Shown piece after piece: positions 24,596-37,750 of a stretch of 64,000 nt of DNA. The notes under the pieces were generated by a model. It did not search any database. It saw only the letters and a program-made list of their open reading frames with translations, and was not told where the DNA came from. Every line of letters begins with the position of its first letter. Position 1 is the first letter of the stretch. This DNA comes from Eledone cirrhosa (lineage: Eukaryota). The stretch is from the NCBI GenBank assembly GCA_964016885.1, contig OZ024740.1, positions 169,012,001 to 169,076,000 on the forward strand, given 5' to 3'. Made by a program: the position numbers and the translations under genes.

Positions 24596-24921
24596 CGATG
24601 ATGATGATGATGAAGATGATGATGATGCTGATGATCATGATGTTGAAGGCGATGATGATGATGATGATGTTGAGGATAATGATGATGATGATGATAATGA
24701 TGATGATAATGTTGAAGGTGATGATGATGATGATGATGAAGAAGATGATGATGATGATGATGTTGAAGGTGATGATGATGATGTTGAAGGTGATGATGAT
24801 GATGTTGAGGATAATGAAGTGGTGATGATGATGATGATGATGACGACGAAGACGACGATGATGATGATGATGATGACGATGTTGAGGATGATGATGATGA
24901 TGATGTTGATGATGATGATGA
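24596..24921. repeat. Degenerate (GAT)n array with recurring GTTGAAGGT interruptions
   Basis: Directly visible. Confidence 0.9.
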
Positions 24922-25569
24922 GGTGGAGGAGGAGGGGGAAGGGAATTTTAATGCTTCCCAGTGCACTGGAATTGTTTTGAAAACAATTCTTCTTTTGAAT
25001 AGAGTACTAGTTTTGTCTGTAAGACAGTTTTAACTCAAGACTGCCCATTGTTGAAGACACTCCTGAACTATAGAACTTCAGTATGGTTCCTATTTTTCAG
25101 CTGCTTAGACTGGGTCATTTGAAGAGATAGTGCTACAATGTCAGTAATGAAATATGAAATGTTGACCTTATATTATAAACTGTTGACTTGTCATTCTGAA
25201 CTTTTAACATCATCTTCCATGGCTCAATAGCACATCATCCAAGATAATGAAGGAACAGTAATATAGAACCTTATGATTTGCCTGAAATAGCAGTCAAATC
25301 TGCCCTAAATTATATCCTATTGTGTTCAATAATAAAAAAAAAAAAAATGCATTGATAATGAAGTCACTTAAAAAGGCAGGATGGTCACAACCGGAACAAC
25401 TTTGATTATGCATATTTTTTAAAAATCTGAAATACTTTGAACTCAGTACAACAAACCTGCTACTATCTCAAGCAGTGGTTTCTTCTTATTTATTTATTTA
25501 TGTATAAAGGGTGGTGGATTGGCAGTATCAGTAGAGTGTCAGGCAACATGCTTTGCAGCATATAGTTAC

Positions 25570-25615
<46 letters not shown>

Positions 25616-25811
25616 TTAGACACACACTTATATATGTATATACATATACGCTTTGTATGTAGAAGATGCACAGGAGTAATTGAGTGGAAGAGCATCTCAG
25701 TGATATAAACCTCTTCCAATCATAAGAAGGATCCATAGAAGTGGTTGATAGATTCTTGCAAGCAGGCAAAAGCGGACGTAAAATGATGATGATGATGATG
25801 ATGATATCTAT

Positions 25812-26405
25812 GTTACTTAACTAGCAAAGGAGGAGGGTTCTTTGAGAGCATAATACCTAGAATAAGGTTAGGTTGGAAAAGGTTTAGACTCCCACTGTTG
25901 ACCACAAAAGGTTTCTCCCTACATACAAAAGGATGGCCGTATGATGCCTGTGTGAAGTGCGATGCTGTATGGTAGTGAAACATGGCAGTGACTGAAGAGG
26001 AAATACATAGACAGGACAGAAATGAAGCAACCATGCTTCATTGGATGTGCTATGTAAATGTGAGAATGGCAGAACTTAGATAAACTGAGGGAGAAACTGA
26101 GTTTAAGGGGAATCCGATGTGGTGTGTAAGATTGCATTGGTACAGACATGTGATGCACATGGATAATGATCACTGGGTTACGAAGTATCAAGAAATCCCA
26201 GTTGAAGTAAGCCACAGTAGAGGTAGGCCAAGAAAGACCTGAGTAGAGGTGGTGAGAGCTGATATCAAATTGCTGAAACTAACAGAAGAGCTGACAACAG
26301 ACCATAGCGAGTGGAGAGATGCTTTGCTGAAAAGAACTCATCCAATCCATGCAAGCATAGAAAAATAAACATAAAAACGATGATTATGATGATAATGATG
26401 ATGAT
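25812..26405 (+). mobile_element. Degraded RTE 3' fragment
   Basis: GWKRFR, KGFSL, AMLYGSETW remnants, (GAT)n tail. Confidence 0.8.
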
Positions 26406-26481
26406 ATATATACACATACATATATATAGACATATATATATACTTATGAATATAAATAAATAAATATATATATGAAAAAAT

Positions 26482-26620
26482 TCAGGACCCTGACGGCTGA
26501 GCTCTGGATCTAGTTGTTGAAACAGCCGGAGCTCAGTCGTCATATTACCCCCTCAACTATCCCAAGTATCGAGTACTCTGGTGAGTAATGGTCTAAATGA
26601 TTTTTACTGCCTCCAATCTG
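26482..26620 (+). mobile_element. Penelope-related pLTR hairpin plus 5' leader fragment
   Basis: TGACGGCTGAGCTC...GAGCTCAGTCGTCA followed by sequence similar to the reverse complement of 15200-15273. Confidence 0.65.
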
Positions 26621-26635
26621 ATATATATACATATA

Positions 26636-27020
26636 TCATCATCATCATCATCATCACCGTTTTACGTCCGTTCTTCCACGCTAGCATGGGTTAGACGGGT
26701 GGTCCTGTTGTGGGCAGTGTCTGGTCGGCTGACCATGCCTTGCTCATACAGGAACTGATTTGGCTTGATTTCTACAGCTGGATGCCCTTCCTAACACCAA
26801 CCTCATTTACAGTGAGTGCTGGGTGCTTTTTCGTGGCGCCTACACGTCCACTTTACAGTGTGGGGTGGGTGCTTTTTTGCTGTGGCACCTCCACGACCAC
26901 ATTGCGGTGTGGGGGCATATTGTCTATATGCTTCAGCTTGTACCCATGGGAGGTCGGGTACTCTGTATTACTGCGTGACGCCAGAGGTCACGGTCGTGTG
27001 TCATTGCCTTTGAGAGGTGT
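26636..27020 (-). mobile_element. RTE family B 3' end
   Basis: Reverse complement of 46710-47104. Confidence 0.9.
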
Positions 27021-27707
27021 GGTATATACATCTTATATATTTTTATGTGAGCTGATAGAGGGCAGTTTAAGGATTTACAGAAACCCAAGAAGCTAGATTT
27101 ACCATCTTTCTAGCGGGTCCGGGTATGCTTTTTACATTCATTTGATTTATTGATTTATTGATATTTTATCTGAGTGTCCCGAATCTTCCAGATCGCAATT
27201 TTTCGGTCGTATGGTTGATTATAGACATGTTCTATGTGTGACGGTATTTTAACGATAGTTATAGCTCTGATTTATCTGAATTATTGAGCCCTCTGCCGCT
27301 CATTTCGAATTTTGTTTATCGTGAACTCGTGCGCCGATTTTTCGATACTCAATTATTCTACTATATATATATGTATATAAATATATATATTTATATATAT
27401 ATGAATTTGTTTTGCGAGGTTTTTGATATGAAATCGTGTGTCGAAACAAATATTGTTATACTTGGGGAGGGTCATGTTGTTGTAATAATATTGTCAGAAA
27501 TAATAACAGAACACACTCACTGTTTGGTTGGTTTTCGCTTCTGTATCTTTTATATCTCCATAGTTAATTCATTTGGTCCTCAATGTTTATCATTGACTGA
27601 CCAACGGTAAAAAATACAGATATAAATATATATATACAGTCTAACAAAGTTCTTTTGTTGCAGTGGTACTATTATGTTTCCTCCTGTTGTATTGTATATA
27701 TATATAA

Positions 27708-27750
<43 letters not shown>

Positions 27751-27775
27751 TGTAATAAACAACATAAGCCAATTA

Positions 27776-27848
27776 TTCCATTTACCAAAGATTTCACGAA
27801 AACAGACGTGCTCAACAGAGACGTCTGAAATCGCTCATCAGAATGAAA
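27776..27848 (-). ncRNA. Canonical-core type I hammerhead ribozyme in a ~108-bp insert between (TA)n tracts
   Basis: UUUCAUU-CUGAUGA-long stem II (CAGACGU/ACGUCUG)-GAAA-UCUUUG-GUA-AAUGGAA. Confidence 0.78.
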
Positions 27849-27895
<47 letters not shown>

Positions 27896-27898
<3 letters not shown>

Positions 27899-27952
27899 AA
27901 CGAGTAGCACCCTGACGGCTGAGCTCAAGCCGTTTCGACGGCTAATTCTGGA

Positions 27953-27956
<4 letters not shown>
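27896..27956 (-). repeat. Solo Penelope pLTR fragment in (TA)n
   Basis: Matches 11733-11791. Confidence 0.85.
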
Positions 27957-27987
<31 letters not shown>

Positions 27988-27991
<4 letters not shown>

Positions 27992-29342
27992 TCATCATCA
28001 TCATCATCATCGTTTAACGCCCATTTTCCACGCTAGCATGGGTCTGGACGGGAATTGTCCCACTTGAGGCAAGATTGGTTGTCTTGCTCAGGACTGTCTG
28101 GCGGGTTTTCTACGGCTGGATGCCCTTCCTAACACCAACCACGTTTACAGTGTGGACTGGGAGGTTTTTACCGTGTTACCTACACAGCCACATTACAGCG
28201 TGGACTGTGTGTTTTATTGTCATGACACCTACACGTCTGGCGGGTTTTCTACGGCTGGGTGCCCTTCCCAACACCAACCACGTTTACAGTGTGTACTGGG
28301 AGGTTTTTACTGTGTTACCTACACGGCCACATTACAGCGTGGACTGTGTGTTTTTTTGTCGTGACACCTACACGACCTCATTTGTTTCGGATTGGATGTT
28401 GTGGTACCAACATAACTTCACATTTAAGGGGGTGGTGTGGATGGGGGTGGGGGTAGTGGGACGGGGTGTATTTTGTTAGAGGTTCCTACTGACTGTAGGT
28501 TTCGCTTTGGCGGGTCTTCTGTATTACTGTTTAGCGCCAAAGATCTCGGTCCAGTGGCATTGTCTTGGAGAGGTGTAAGTGTGTGAGGTCGGAATTTATC
28601 AAGTCGTCCCAGGTTTTTCTGGGTCTGCCTACTCCGTGGCTATCATCTATTTTTATTGCCCTGCACTTTTTTATACAGCTGTCGTCTTTCATGTGCATCA
28701 CGTGACCATACCAACGTAGTCTTCTCTCGAGTAAACAACATCTGATCCCTCTTATTTCTAATTTTTCCCTCAGTTCGTTTATGCTTTGCCGTTCACGTAT
28801 ATTACTATTACATATCCAGCGGAGCATGCAAGCTTCGTTCCTCTCCAGTCTGTGTATATCCTCTGCACACAATGCCCAGGTCTCACTGCCATGTAACATT
28901 GCTGTTCGTATGCAGGCATCATAGAGCCTGCCTTTCATTTTTAGAGAGAACCCTTTAGCGGCCAATAGTGGTATAAGCTCTCTGAACTTTTTCCATCCCG
29001 TTCTGACTCTAGCTACTGTACTTTCAGAGCACCCTCCCCCACTGCTGATTTTGTCACCCAGGTAACGGAAGCTGTCCACTATTTCTATAGAACCATCTGT
29101 GCAATGGAATGAGCTAGTAACCTGTGGGCACTTGCTGCTACTTATTGCACTAGAGCACCGGACACATATAAAATCTATATTCTTAGTTACCTTACCTGTG
29201 ATCCCACTACATCTTTTATGCACCTATTCTTTGCATTTGGGACATAAAATGGAGTTTCTACCTACTCCTTTCTTACACACTGAGCATGGCCATTTCCCAG
29301 ATGGGACTGGTGTCCTATTTTCCTTCCTACAAACTAGAACTT
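27988..29342 (-). mobile_element. RTE family A 3' portion with ~140-bp duplication in the 3' UTR
   Basis: 230-aa ORF 28531-29223 similar to the 7995 ORF C-terminus; (GAT)n tail. Confidence 0.92.
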
Positions 29343-29419
29343 ACAAACTAGAACTTATATATATATATTGTTATTATATATATAATATATATATATTGTT
29401 ATTATTATTTTATTTCTAG

Positions 29420-32189
29420 AATCTTCCTCTCCTCACTCCCTTATATATTGTCTATACGCTTGCACCTTCTCACGCCCCCCTCTCTTCTCTCTGCAAATAT
29501 AAAATAAACTCTGTAGGCTTCTTAGGCCAGAATTTATCTATCTAATTTCTCTTTTATATGCCGAATTGTTGTTTTGAGATTGTAAGCAACCCACTTTTGT
29601 CTGTCTTTCCATTTTTCGTAGTCCATTTGACCAGTGTCATTTAATTTGTTATTCATGTCTGTTTAGAATCTAATCTCTCTTTTTCTCTCGGATTTTCAAT
29701 AATATTTCACATGTTTTTAATAATATACCTCATTCTGTTGGACCCTTCCTAAAAACTAACCTTATCCTAAAGTTACCCATTTCCTGCCCACCCACCACCA
29801 CACACCACCATTGCTATTTGGTCCAATCATAACTCAATAGTTTATAGTAAGTTCTCTTAGCAATCTGTACAGCAAACCCACCACCTTGGTTATTACTCCT
29901 TAAGTTTAGACCTGGCTGCTTTTTGGTTTGCTAAATGGACTGCAGAATTTGGAAAGTCTGAACACTCAATGACAATGTCACAGATAAAGATAAATTCATC
30001 TCCTGCTGCAGGACAAGAATGCAAGGACCCCTCTTTATGTCAGACATGGATGACCAAAATAATTCTATCTCTCACACCCCTCCCTGCCCCTCCAACCAAT
30101 CCATTCCTCCCACCCAACGTAATACAAAACTTCAGAGTTGGTACCATGAATGTAGGCACAGTGAAAGATTGCTCAAATGAGGTTGTAGATATGCTTGAAC
30201 GTAAGGAAGTTGATGTTTGTTGAGTTCAAGAGACTAGGTGGAGAGGTGGGTCTGCTAGATTCATTGTGGGTAAAAAAAACGATGCTATAAACTTTTCTGG
30301 GTGGGAAATGACAACGGACTGGGTGGAGTAGGAATTATGTTAGCTGAAAAATGGGTAGATAAGGTAATTGCCATAAATAGAGTGAATGACAGAATAATTA
30401 AAATAAGACTAGTTCTAAATAAAACTACTGTGACAATAATATCCGCTTATGCACCCCAATCTGGTCTACCTGACATTATAAAAGACAGGTTCTATGAGTC
30501 GCTAATGCACACTACCTCTCAAATAACCGACAGCGACTACTTAATTATTGCTGGTGACCTAAATGGTAACGTTGGACAACATAGTGTTGGCTATGATGGA
30601 ATCCATGGAGGCTATGGGTTTGGAACTAGAAATGAGGAAGGCTTCAGAATCCTGGAATTCTGTGATGCTAATAACCTAACTATCTGTAACACAAACTTCA
30701 AAAAACGAGACAATCACTTGATCACCTATAGATCAGGAGAACATGCCAGCCCGATAGATTATATCCTTATTAGAAGACGTGACAGAGCGTCTGTTGTAAA
30801 CACTAAGTCCCTCCTCCGTGAAGTATTCATCTCCCAACATAGTCTAGTAGTTAGTGACCTCATAGCCAGGACTAGATGTACCCGATGACAGAGGAGGACT
30901 ACCTTGAGAAGAATATGGAAGCTGAAGGACCCCACAGCCAGTGACAAATTTAAAAGCTTATTACTTGATGCTTTTGACAGTAAGGAAGAGCAATTAGAGA
31001 CGTACAATAAAGAGGAACAGTGGGAATCTTGAAGGCAACAGATGAAATCTGTGGCTGGAGCAGACCTATAGGCAGTAGGAAAGTAACTTGGTGGTGGAAC
31101 AGTAAGGCTTGGAAAGTATGGCGGGATGGAGGAAGTAGAGAACACTATCAAGTGGCCAGGAGAGAAGCGAAGAGATAAGTGTACCTTGCAAGAAGGGAAG
31201 CAGAGGATAGAAAGTTCAAGCATGTTCTACAATGCGAGGACCAAAAATGTGAGGTGTTCAGGATTGCAAGATAACGTGTCAAGGAAAATCATGATATTGT
31301 GGGGGAGAAGTGTGTTTGTAATGATGATGATGTACTTTCCCTCACTGATACTTATAATGAAGGTAGCTTGGAAGTGTCACTACGAGAGACTACTAAATGG
31401 GGAGAATAAATGGGAAAAAGATAGTCTGCTCCAAATTGATCAAATAGAGGGACCAGCAGTGCAAGTTAGTGGTAGTATAATAAGTAAGGCAATCAAATAT
31501 ATGAAGACAGGCAAGGCGGCTGGGCCTTCGGAGATAGTTGCTGAGATGTTGAAAGCATCTGGAATGATGGGCCATCCTATGGTCACCCGGATAGTAAACC
31601 AAGTAATACAGAATGGGGTCATACCTAAGGATTGGAGTAGCAGCATCATCGTTAACTGCTACAACGGTAAATGAGATGCTCTAGTTAGGGGAAACTATAG
31701 AGGTATTAAGTTAGTTGACCAGGTCATGAACGTCACAGAAAGAGTTATAGCACAACTAATCAGTGATTGAATTGATCTAGATGCAATGCAGTTTGGGTTT
31801 GTGTCAGGTAAAAGTACCACAGATGCTCTTTTCCTTGTACGATAACTACAGGAGAAGTACCTAGCTAAAAGTAGACCCCTCTACTTTGCTTTTGTTGACT
31901 TGGAGGAAGCCTTTCACATAGTCCCCAGCTCCATTATCTGGTGGGTCCTGAAAAAATTAGGAGTAGATGAATGGCTTGTGAGAACTATACAAGCCATGTA
32001 TAAAGATACAGGCTAAATTAACAATGAATATGGTGAAGAATTTAGCATAAAAGTCAGTGTTCATCAAGGCTCCGTCCTTAGCCCCCTACTATTTATTATA
32101 GCCCTTCAGGCTATAACAGAGGAGTTAAAGACTGGCTGCTCATGGGAACTTCTATACGCAGATGATCTAACGCTCATAGCTGAATCAAT
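29420..32189 (+). mobile_element. Degraded RTE family A 5' portion (5' UTR, APE, RT up to YADD)
   Basis: ORF pieces 29969, 30301 and 31126 match the 7995 ORF; stops, frameshifts and deletions. Confidence 0.9.
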
Positions 32190-32245
32190 TCCCATCTTAC
32201 CCTTGCAAGCAGGGAAAAGCGGACATAAGATGATGATGATGATGA

Positions 32246-32284
<39 letters not shown>

Positions 32285-32852
32285 TATATATATGCAAATA
32301 TATATATGCAAATGAGGTTGGTGTTAGGAAGGGAATCCAGCTGTAGAAATCAAGCCAGAATCAGTTCCCGTCCCACTTGCAAGCAGGGAAAAGCGGATGT
32401 AAAATGATGATGATGAGATATATATATATATATATATCATCATCATCATCATCATTTTACATATATATGTACATAATAGACCAAGAAACAAGAATGTCCT
32501 TCATCAGTAGCCTGCTGATTATCATTGGTATTAAAGACTAGATACCTAAAATCCTAAGTTAAGTTATCAGGAAAACAGAGGAAAGGAAACAAACAACATG
32601 GTAGTAATGCAACGTAAAGAGAGGAAAAGAGAGACAAGTCAATGAATCTTGTGGTCTTAAGTTCGACAAATGAAATGACGAGAAGAAACAGACACGTCCG
32701 AGCCACGAGAAAAGTGAGAGAGGAAAGAATTTCACGCAGGTCAGACGGGAGGAAGTGAGAGAGGAGGAGTAGCAGACAGTGAGTGAGTGAAAGTGTGAGT
32801 ATATCTCACAAGATCTTTTTTATTGGAGAAGGAGAAGGGAAGAAAATTCTTT

Positions 32853-33000
32853 ATCTATATATATAAAACTGTAGTTGTCTGTGTTCCCTCATTTTTGCAA
32901 AGTCTATACAAATCCACATTTCTACTCCGATTGACTTCAAACTTGCATTTATATATTCCTTGCGGTCTAAAGATATTAACTGCAGCTTTTATTTTAAAAT
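32853..33000 (+). mobile_element. Possible Helitron-like 5' end
   Basis: ATCTATATATATAAAA start and CCGATT..AAACTT motif as in the 18035 element; no 3' end found. Confidence 0.4.
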
Positions 33001-33220
33001 GTTCTGCTGTTAAAGGCACCGGTTATCCATCTCCGTCGCGCTCTTATAATATCTGTCTGTATGCCCGGCTATCTGCATTACGACATCTTGATGAACATTG
33101 ATGACGTATTATGTTCGCTAATTTCCGTTCATTGCCAGGGAACATCTTCACGAACCAAAATATCGTCTTCCTGTTCTCCTTCGGTTGCAATTTTTTTCGA
33201 ATTATTTACTTCTGCGTTCA

Positions 33221-33293
33221 CAGATTGATTTTTTAGTTTCAGAAGATCCCATTAAGGGTGAAAGCAGCGATACTTTGCTTAAACTTTAATCTG
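33221..33293 (+). ncRNA. Second copy of the variant hammerhead motif (CAGAAGA core)
   Basis: Same helices as 16705-16778; differences fall in loops. Confidence 0.55.
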
Positions 33294-34788
33294 TTATTTT
33301 AATATATAATATAAGCGAGGCAAGCCAGCCCAGTTGCACTTCTTGCCAATAAACATTAACCCTTTGTGCGCCATTCATCTAACTGTAGACCAACAATTAC
33401 CAACTAAACGGAGCATTGACAAGAACAATGGCAAATGAATCTTCGAGGTAAGCAGTTTCCTCCCGAGCTGTTAGTTCACGTGAGATTCTCTGCTACACCT
33501 TTTCGTAATAATATCGAACAACGTACTGATGGTCACTCCTTCCTCCAAAAGCCGTACAAAGCGGACATGTGCATCGGGTAGATGGATTGGGTGCAAATCT
33601 ACACCAGGCCTACGCGAGAGATTCACAAGGGACTGCACCGACAGGGATAGAGAGAAAGAGTAACTTAGTGGAAAGAGTGCGAATGAACTTTTGAGGTAAG
33701 TAGCCTACGCCTTACTGCTATGGCACTGGAACCTTCTGCCAACTTAACCTGTAACTTTCTCTTTCACATTTACTCTAAAAGGCAAAAACAGAGGAGTATG
33801 AAAAGAAGAGGCTCAACAATATTTCTATGAACAATGCACGTAGACAGCTAAACTGTACTTTCAGCTTCTTAATTTTCTCCAAATAAAACAAGTTTCCTGT
33901 AGGTATATTTTTGTGTGTTTTTAACAGGCACTCACAAATAAACATTTCTCATTGGAGGTGCTATTACCAATGTTCTTACCGGTGCAACCCGTACATTCTA
34001 TAATCCATATTTTTATTTACTATTTTATGGTCAATTGCATACACTAAAATAGAGAGGATTTTTTGAAAATTTTATTTATTCGTTATAAAAATTAAATGAT
34101 AGTATTGTAGTTGTGGGTGGGCCCCTTTTTCTCCTCTTGGCAACCAACATTTTTAAACCCAGTTCACCACTGTTCTGGCAAATTAATAATTCTCACTAAC
34201 TCTTCATTCTGTTTTTTCAAAAACCAATTTGAGGTACTTTTCTGACTGTGTATATTTGTTCAGAATAGGTATACCATGTGCCTGTGTGTTGCAGGTGACT
34301 AAAAGTGTTAACATCAGAAAGGGCACCCCATTTTAAAACTTTGCTCACAAGGATAACTTTACTTTATTAGAAAAATGGCTTGAAAATATTTGTTGTTCTT
34401 AAGGAAATGAATTTTAGTTTTCTTCTTTTTTGCTGTAAATGCTGTGTTGTAGTCCTTATGTCTATAGCTTATTGTATAACATATGCATACACAGCTCATC
34501 AAATATTTCAAAGTTAAAATATTATTTTTTATGCAACCATCTCAGAATTATAATGTGAACCAGTTACACATAGGGTAAGAATCTCTGTAGTAAAATTAAT
34601 ATTTTGCAATATTCAATAGATTACTATTTTGGGGTTTACTATATCAAATATGTTAACGTCCACTTTGCTGTTAAGTTTTCATGCAGGAAGTGTCCCTGAG
34701 TATTTTCCTAGTCAATCTAATAATTTATAGCACCAGTATGTGTTCATTCTCAAAAATCCTCTATGCTTCTCTACAGTAATGTTTAGAC

Positions 34789-35081
34789 CAGTCATGGGCA
34801 ACCTGCGGCCCGCGAAGCTTTCTGAATGGCTCGCCTAAGTCCCTAAGTGAAATCTTTCTGATTTTTTTACCCCAACTTTTCAATTGTAATTTATCTTTCT
34901 ATCATTTTTACAACCAAAGAAAACAGCATGTACGAATTCTGAAGAAACAAATCAAAACAACCTGAGTTACTGCCCTTTTTTTTAATGTGAGCACGAATGT
35001 AAATAGCGCTTGTGGCCCGCCTGACTGATGATGAGCCATATCTCATGCGGCTCACTTCTCGAAAAAGGTTGCCCATGCCTG
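34789..35081. mobile_element. hAT (Charlie-like) MITE
   Basis: TIRs CAGTCATGGGCAACCT / AGGTTGCCCATGCCTG; 8-bp TSD GTTTAGAC at 34781 and 35082. Confidence 0.92.
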
Positions 35082-36211
35082 GTTTAGACTATACTTTGTG
35101 CTTGATTCATTCATATTGATAGATTGGCAGCATGACAGATCTTGTACTTTTCCTTCTCCCAGTGACAAACAAATGGTGATTTCAATATTGATTAGTTGAC
35201 GTATGTTTTGGTATAGTAGGAAAAACTCAGGATTTAGATTGGCAAAAATGTGTCAGATGTGTGGTAGAATGGTTTCAGTTACCAATCGGTTATGGTCAAT
35301 GCAAACAACTGATTCACGTTAAGTGATATATATGAAGCTGTTGACAGTGAGGATCAGAGTGAAATAGCCAACTGTGTTTATCAGAGTTACCAACACTAAG
35401 GAATTCACTTTCCAGGTTCAGTATTTTTTCTCCACACCATTGCAGCTCTGGTCTTTTATGAAGGAGTATCTATATGCTCACATAAACTTCTATATATAGC
35501 AGCCAAATCTCTCTGCCATCTTAAAGAAGGAAATAGCTTGAGAAGGAAAATACAAGTTTGACATAGCTGGAATGCCTTTGATCATAGTTCTATTCACTGA
35601 GATCTGAACTGGAGTTAAACAACAACAATAACAGCAGCAGCAAGAACAACAGCAAAAATCCAGTCTCAAAATAGATTGGTGTCTTTATCATTGACAGTAG
35701 CACTAGAGAAGTTCAGTTTCCTTATTTGGTGGTTTTCTCTCCACCATTATAATTTTAACTTTATCAACAAAACAAGACAAAGTAAAGTGTATTAGGTTAC
35801 ATAACCAATAGTGCAAACTGTGTGGTGGTAGTTCAAGCAGATTAACAGCTAATATTTTATTACTTTTGTTAGTCTTAAAATTCAGGGAACATAAAAACAT
35901 TTAATAACAAATAATTATGTGTTGTGATATAAAACAAAAAATAAACAATATTATTAATTAATTATTATTGTTTTGATTATTTTAGCAAGTACTCTGGTAG
36001 ATTCACAGAATCATTAAGGTGTTGGACAAAATAATTTGTAGTATTTAGTTATGGGTCATTACATTCTGAGTTCAAATCCTGCTGAGATTAACTTTGCTTT
36101 CATCTTTCTATGGTTGATAAAATACAGTACCAGTCAAGTACTGGGTTCAATATAATTGACTTACCCCTCACCACTATGTGTTGTCTTTCAGTCTCATTAC
36201 TTTGGCAAGTA

Positions 36212-36410
36212 CAAGGGTGGTGGATTGGCATATTGGTAGAGAGTCGGACATCATGCTTTGCAGCATAGTTATGGCCCTTTACGGTCTGAGTTCAAATCCC
36301 GCCGAGGTTAACTTTGCTTTTCATCCTTATGGGGCCGATAAGATAAAGCACCAGTAATGTACTGGGGTGGATTTAATTGACTTTTCTTGTGCCAAAAGTA
36401 GAAACAATTA
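36212..36410 (+). mobile_element. SINE family 2 (Meta-like); a diverged copy precedes it at about 35990-36170
   Basis: Matches 57271-57458; imperfect TSD ATTA(C/T)TTTGGCAA. Confidence 0.82.
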
Positions 36411-36993
36411 TTTTGGCAACTTAGAGCATGTTTTGGTCTTATTATGACTTCATCAGCAAATCATAGTCTTTGTTGTATAGACCAAATTAGTGATGATATA
36501 AACTCTAAGTAAATGTACAAAATGTACACTAATTGGTGGTACTAACTAGAATCATTAAAAAAATAAATTACTCATATTTCTTGAGTAATATTAATCAATA
36601 CTTATCAATTAAACACAAACAGACATATAAGATGAAGGTAATCAACAGAACACTTAGAAATAACAAACAGATTTTTCTTGTATTTCTGATATGTTGTGTG
36701 TTACTTTTGTGGAGAACTATACAATACAATAGGCACAGGTCAAAGCTTTGTAAGTTATATATATATATACACAGTTCAAGAGTAACCAATCTTAAAGAGA
36801 GAGATGGTGATAGTAGAGGAGATATGAGAGGAGAGATTGGTGAGTTAGTTAGAAGCCGAAGCGTAAAGGCATGTGCTCAATGTGCAATATGCAGTAGAAA
36901 GCTGATGCAACCAAGACACCATAGTATAAACCAATATATGGAACATTATATTATGTAACATTATCCCATTATTTTAATTTATATTCCTTTGAA

Positions 36994-37113
36994 GTTCCGA
37001 TGAGCCACTCTGTTTTTTAAATATGTTAATTATTTTCAACTGAACCAGATCAATTATCATATATAGTCATCTGATCCAGAAATATTATATGGAGTAGTGA
37101 AACAATTGTAAAC
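36994..37113 (+). ncRNA. Hammerhead-like motif with ~95-nt stem II region (core CCGAUGA...GAAA-CAAUUG-UA)
   Basis: GUU/AAC stem I, GCCACUCU/GGAGUAGU stem II base, palindromic stem III CAAUUG. Confidence 0.45.
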
Positions 37114-37349
37114 AGACATTATTATTATTAATATTATTATTATTATTCTCTACATTCCTTACATCAAACTAAAATATGTTGACAATCTTTTAATAATGTC
37201 TTCCTTGTGAAGTTTGTGGTCTTGTTTTGCTTAACTAATGAATATATATATATATATATTGTAAAAGGAAATAACAACAAGGATTACAGTTACGAAAGGT
37301 GTTAGGTATTAGGTTCACGCTTATGAGTGGTGGGGGTGGGGGGCTAGAG

Positions 37350-37385
37350 GACGACGTTTCGGGCATAAGCCTTCGTCAGGAGAAT
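37350..37385 (-). ncRNA. Minimal hammerhead core motif of Penelope pLTR type
   Basis: CUGACGA-AGGCUUAUGCCC-GAAACGUC; stem I not evident. Confidence 0.45.
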
Positions 37386-37750
37386 GGTGGGAAGGAGAGG
37401 AGTTCTGAGAGTGTGGAAAAACATTAAAATAGAGGAAAAAATTAAAATGAAGGGAAAAAATAAAAATAACACATGAATGGGACAATAAGTTGAAAACAAG
37501 TGGTGAAAGAGTGTGAGGCGTGTGGAGGTGGTGGTGGGTGGAGGGGGCGGGGGGGGGAGAGAGAAGGAAATTGGGGGTTCAAGCAGGGAGGGCGGAAGGT
37601 GGGGAGTGTGTGTGTGTGTGTGTGTAGGTTTACATGTGTGTGTGTATGCATGGATGTGAGTGTGAGAGTTTGGGGGAGAACGGGCTTCCATGTTCGGATT
37701 TTAGGAAAACCAGTGTGTACATGGGATGGGGGTAAGTCTGTGTTTTGCTA

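Noticed and set aside
24381-24966. Poly-His, poly-Ser and poly-Met ORFs
   Set aside because: Products of a degenerate (GAT)n array; no splice or domain evidence
27420-27462. GTCGAAACAAATATTGTTA hairpin resembling a hammerhead 3' half
   Set aside because: No CUGANGA box in register
36424-36460. Hammerhead-like CUGAUGA-AGUC..GACC-AAAAC on the minus strand
   Set aside because: Lacks G12 of GAAA and has no stem I; at most a decayed motif
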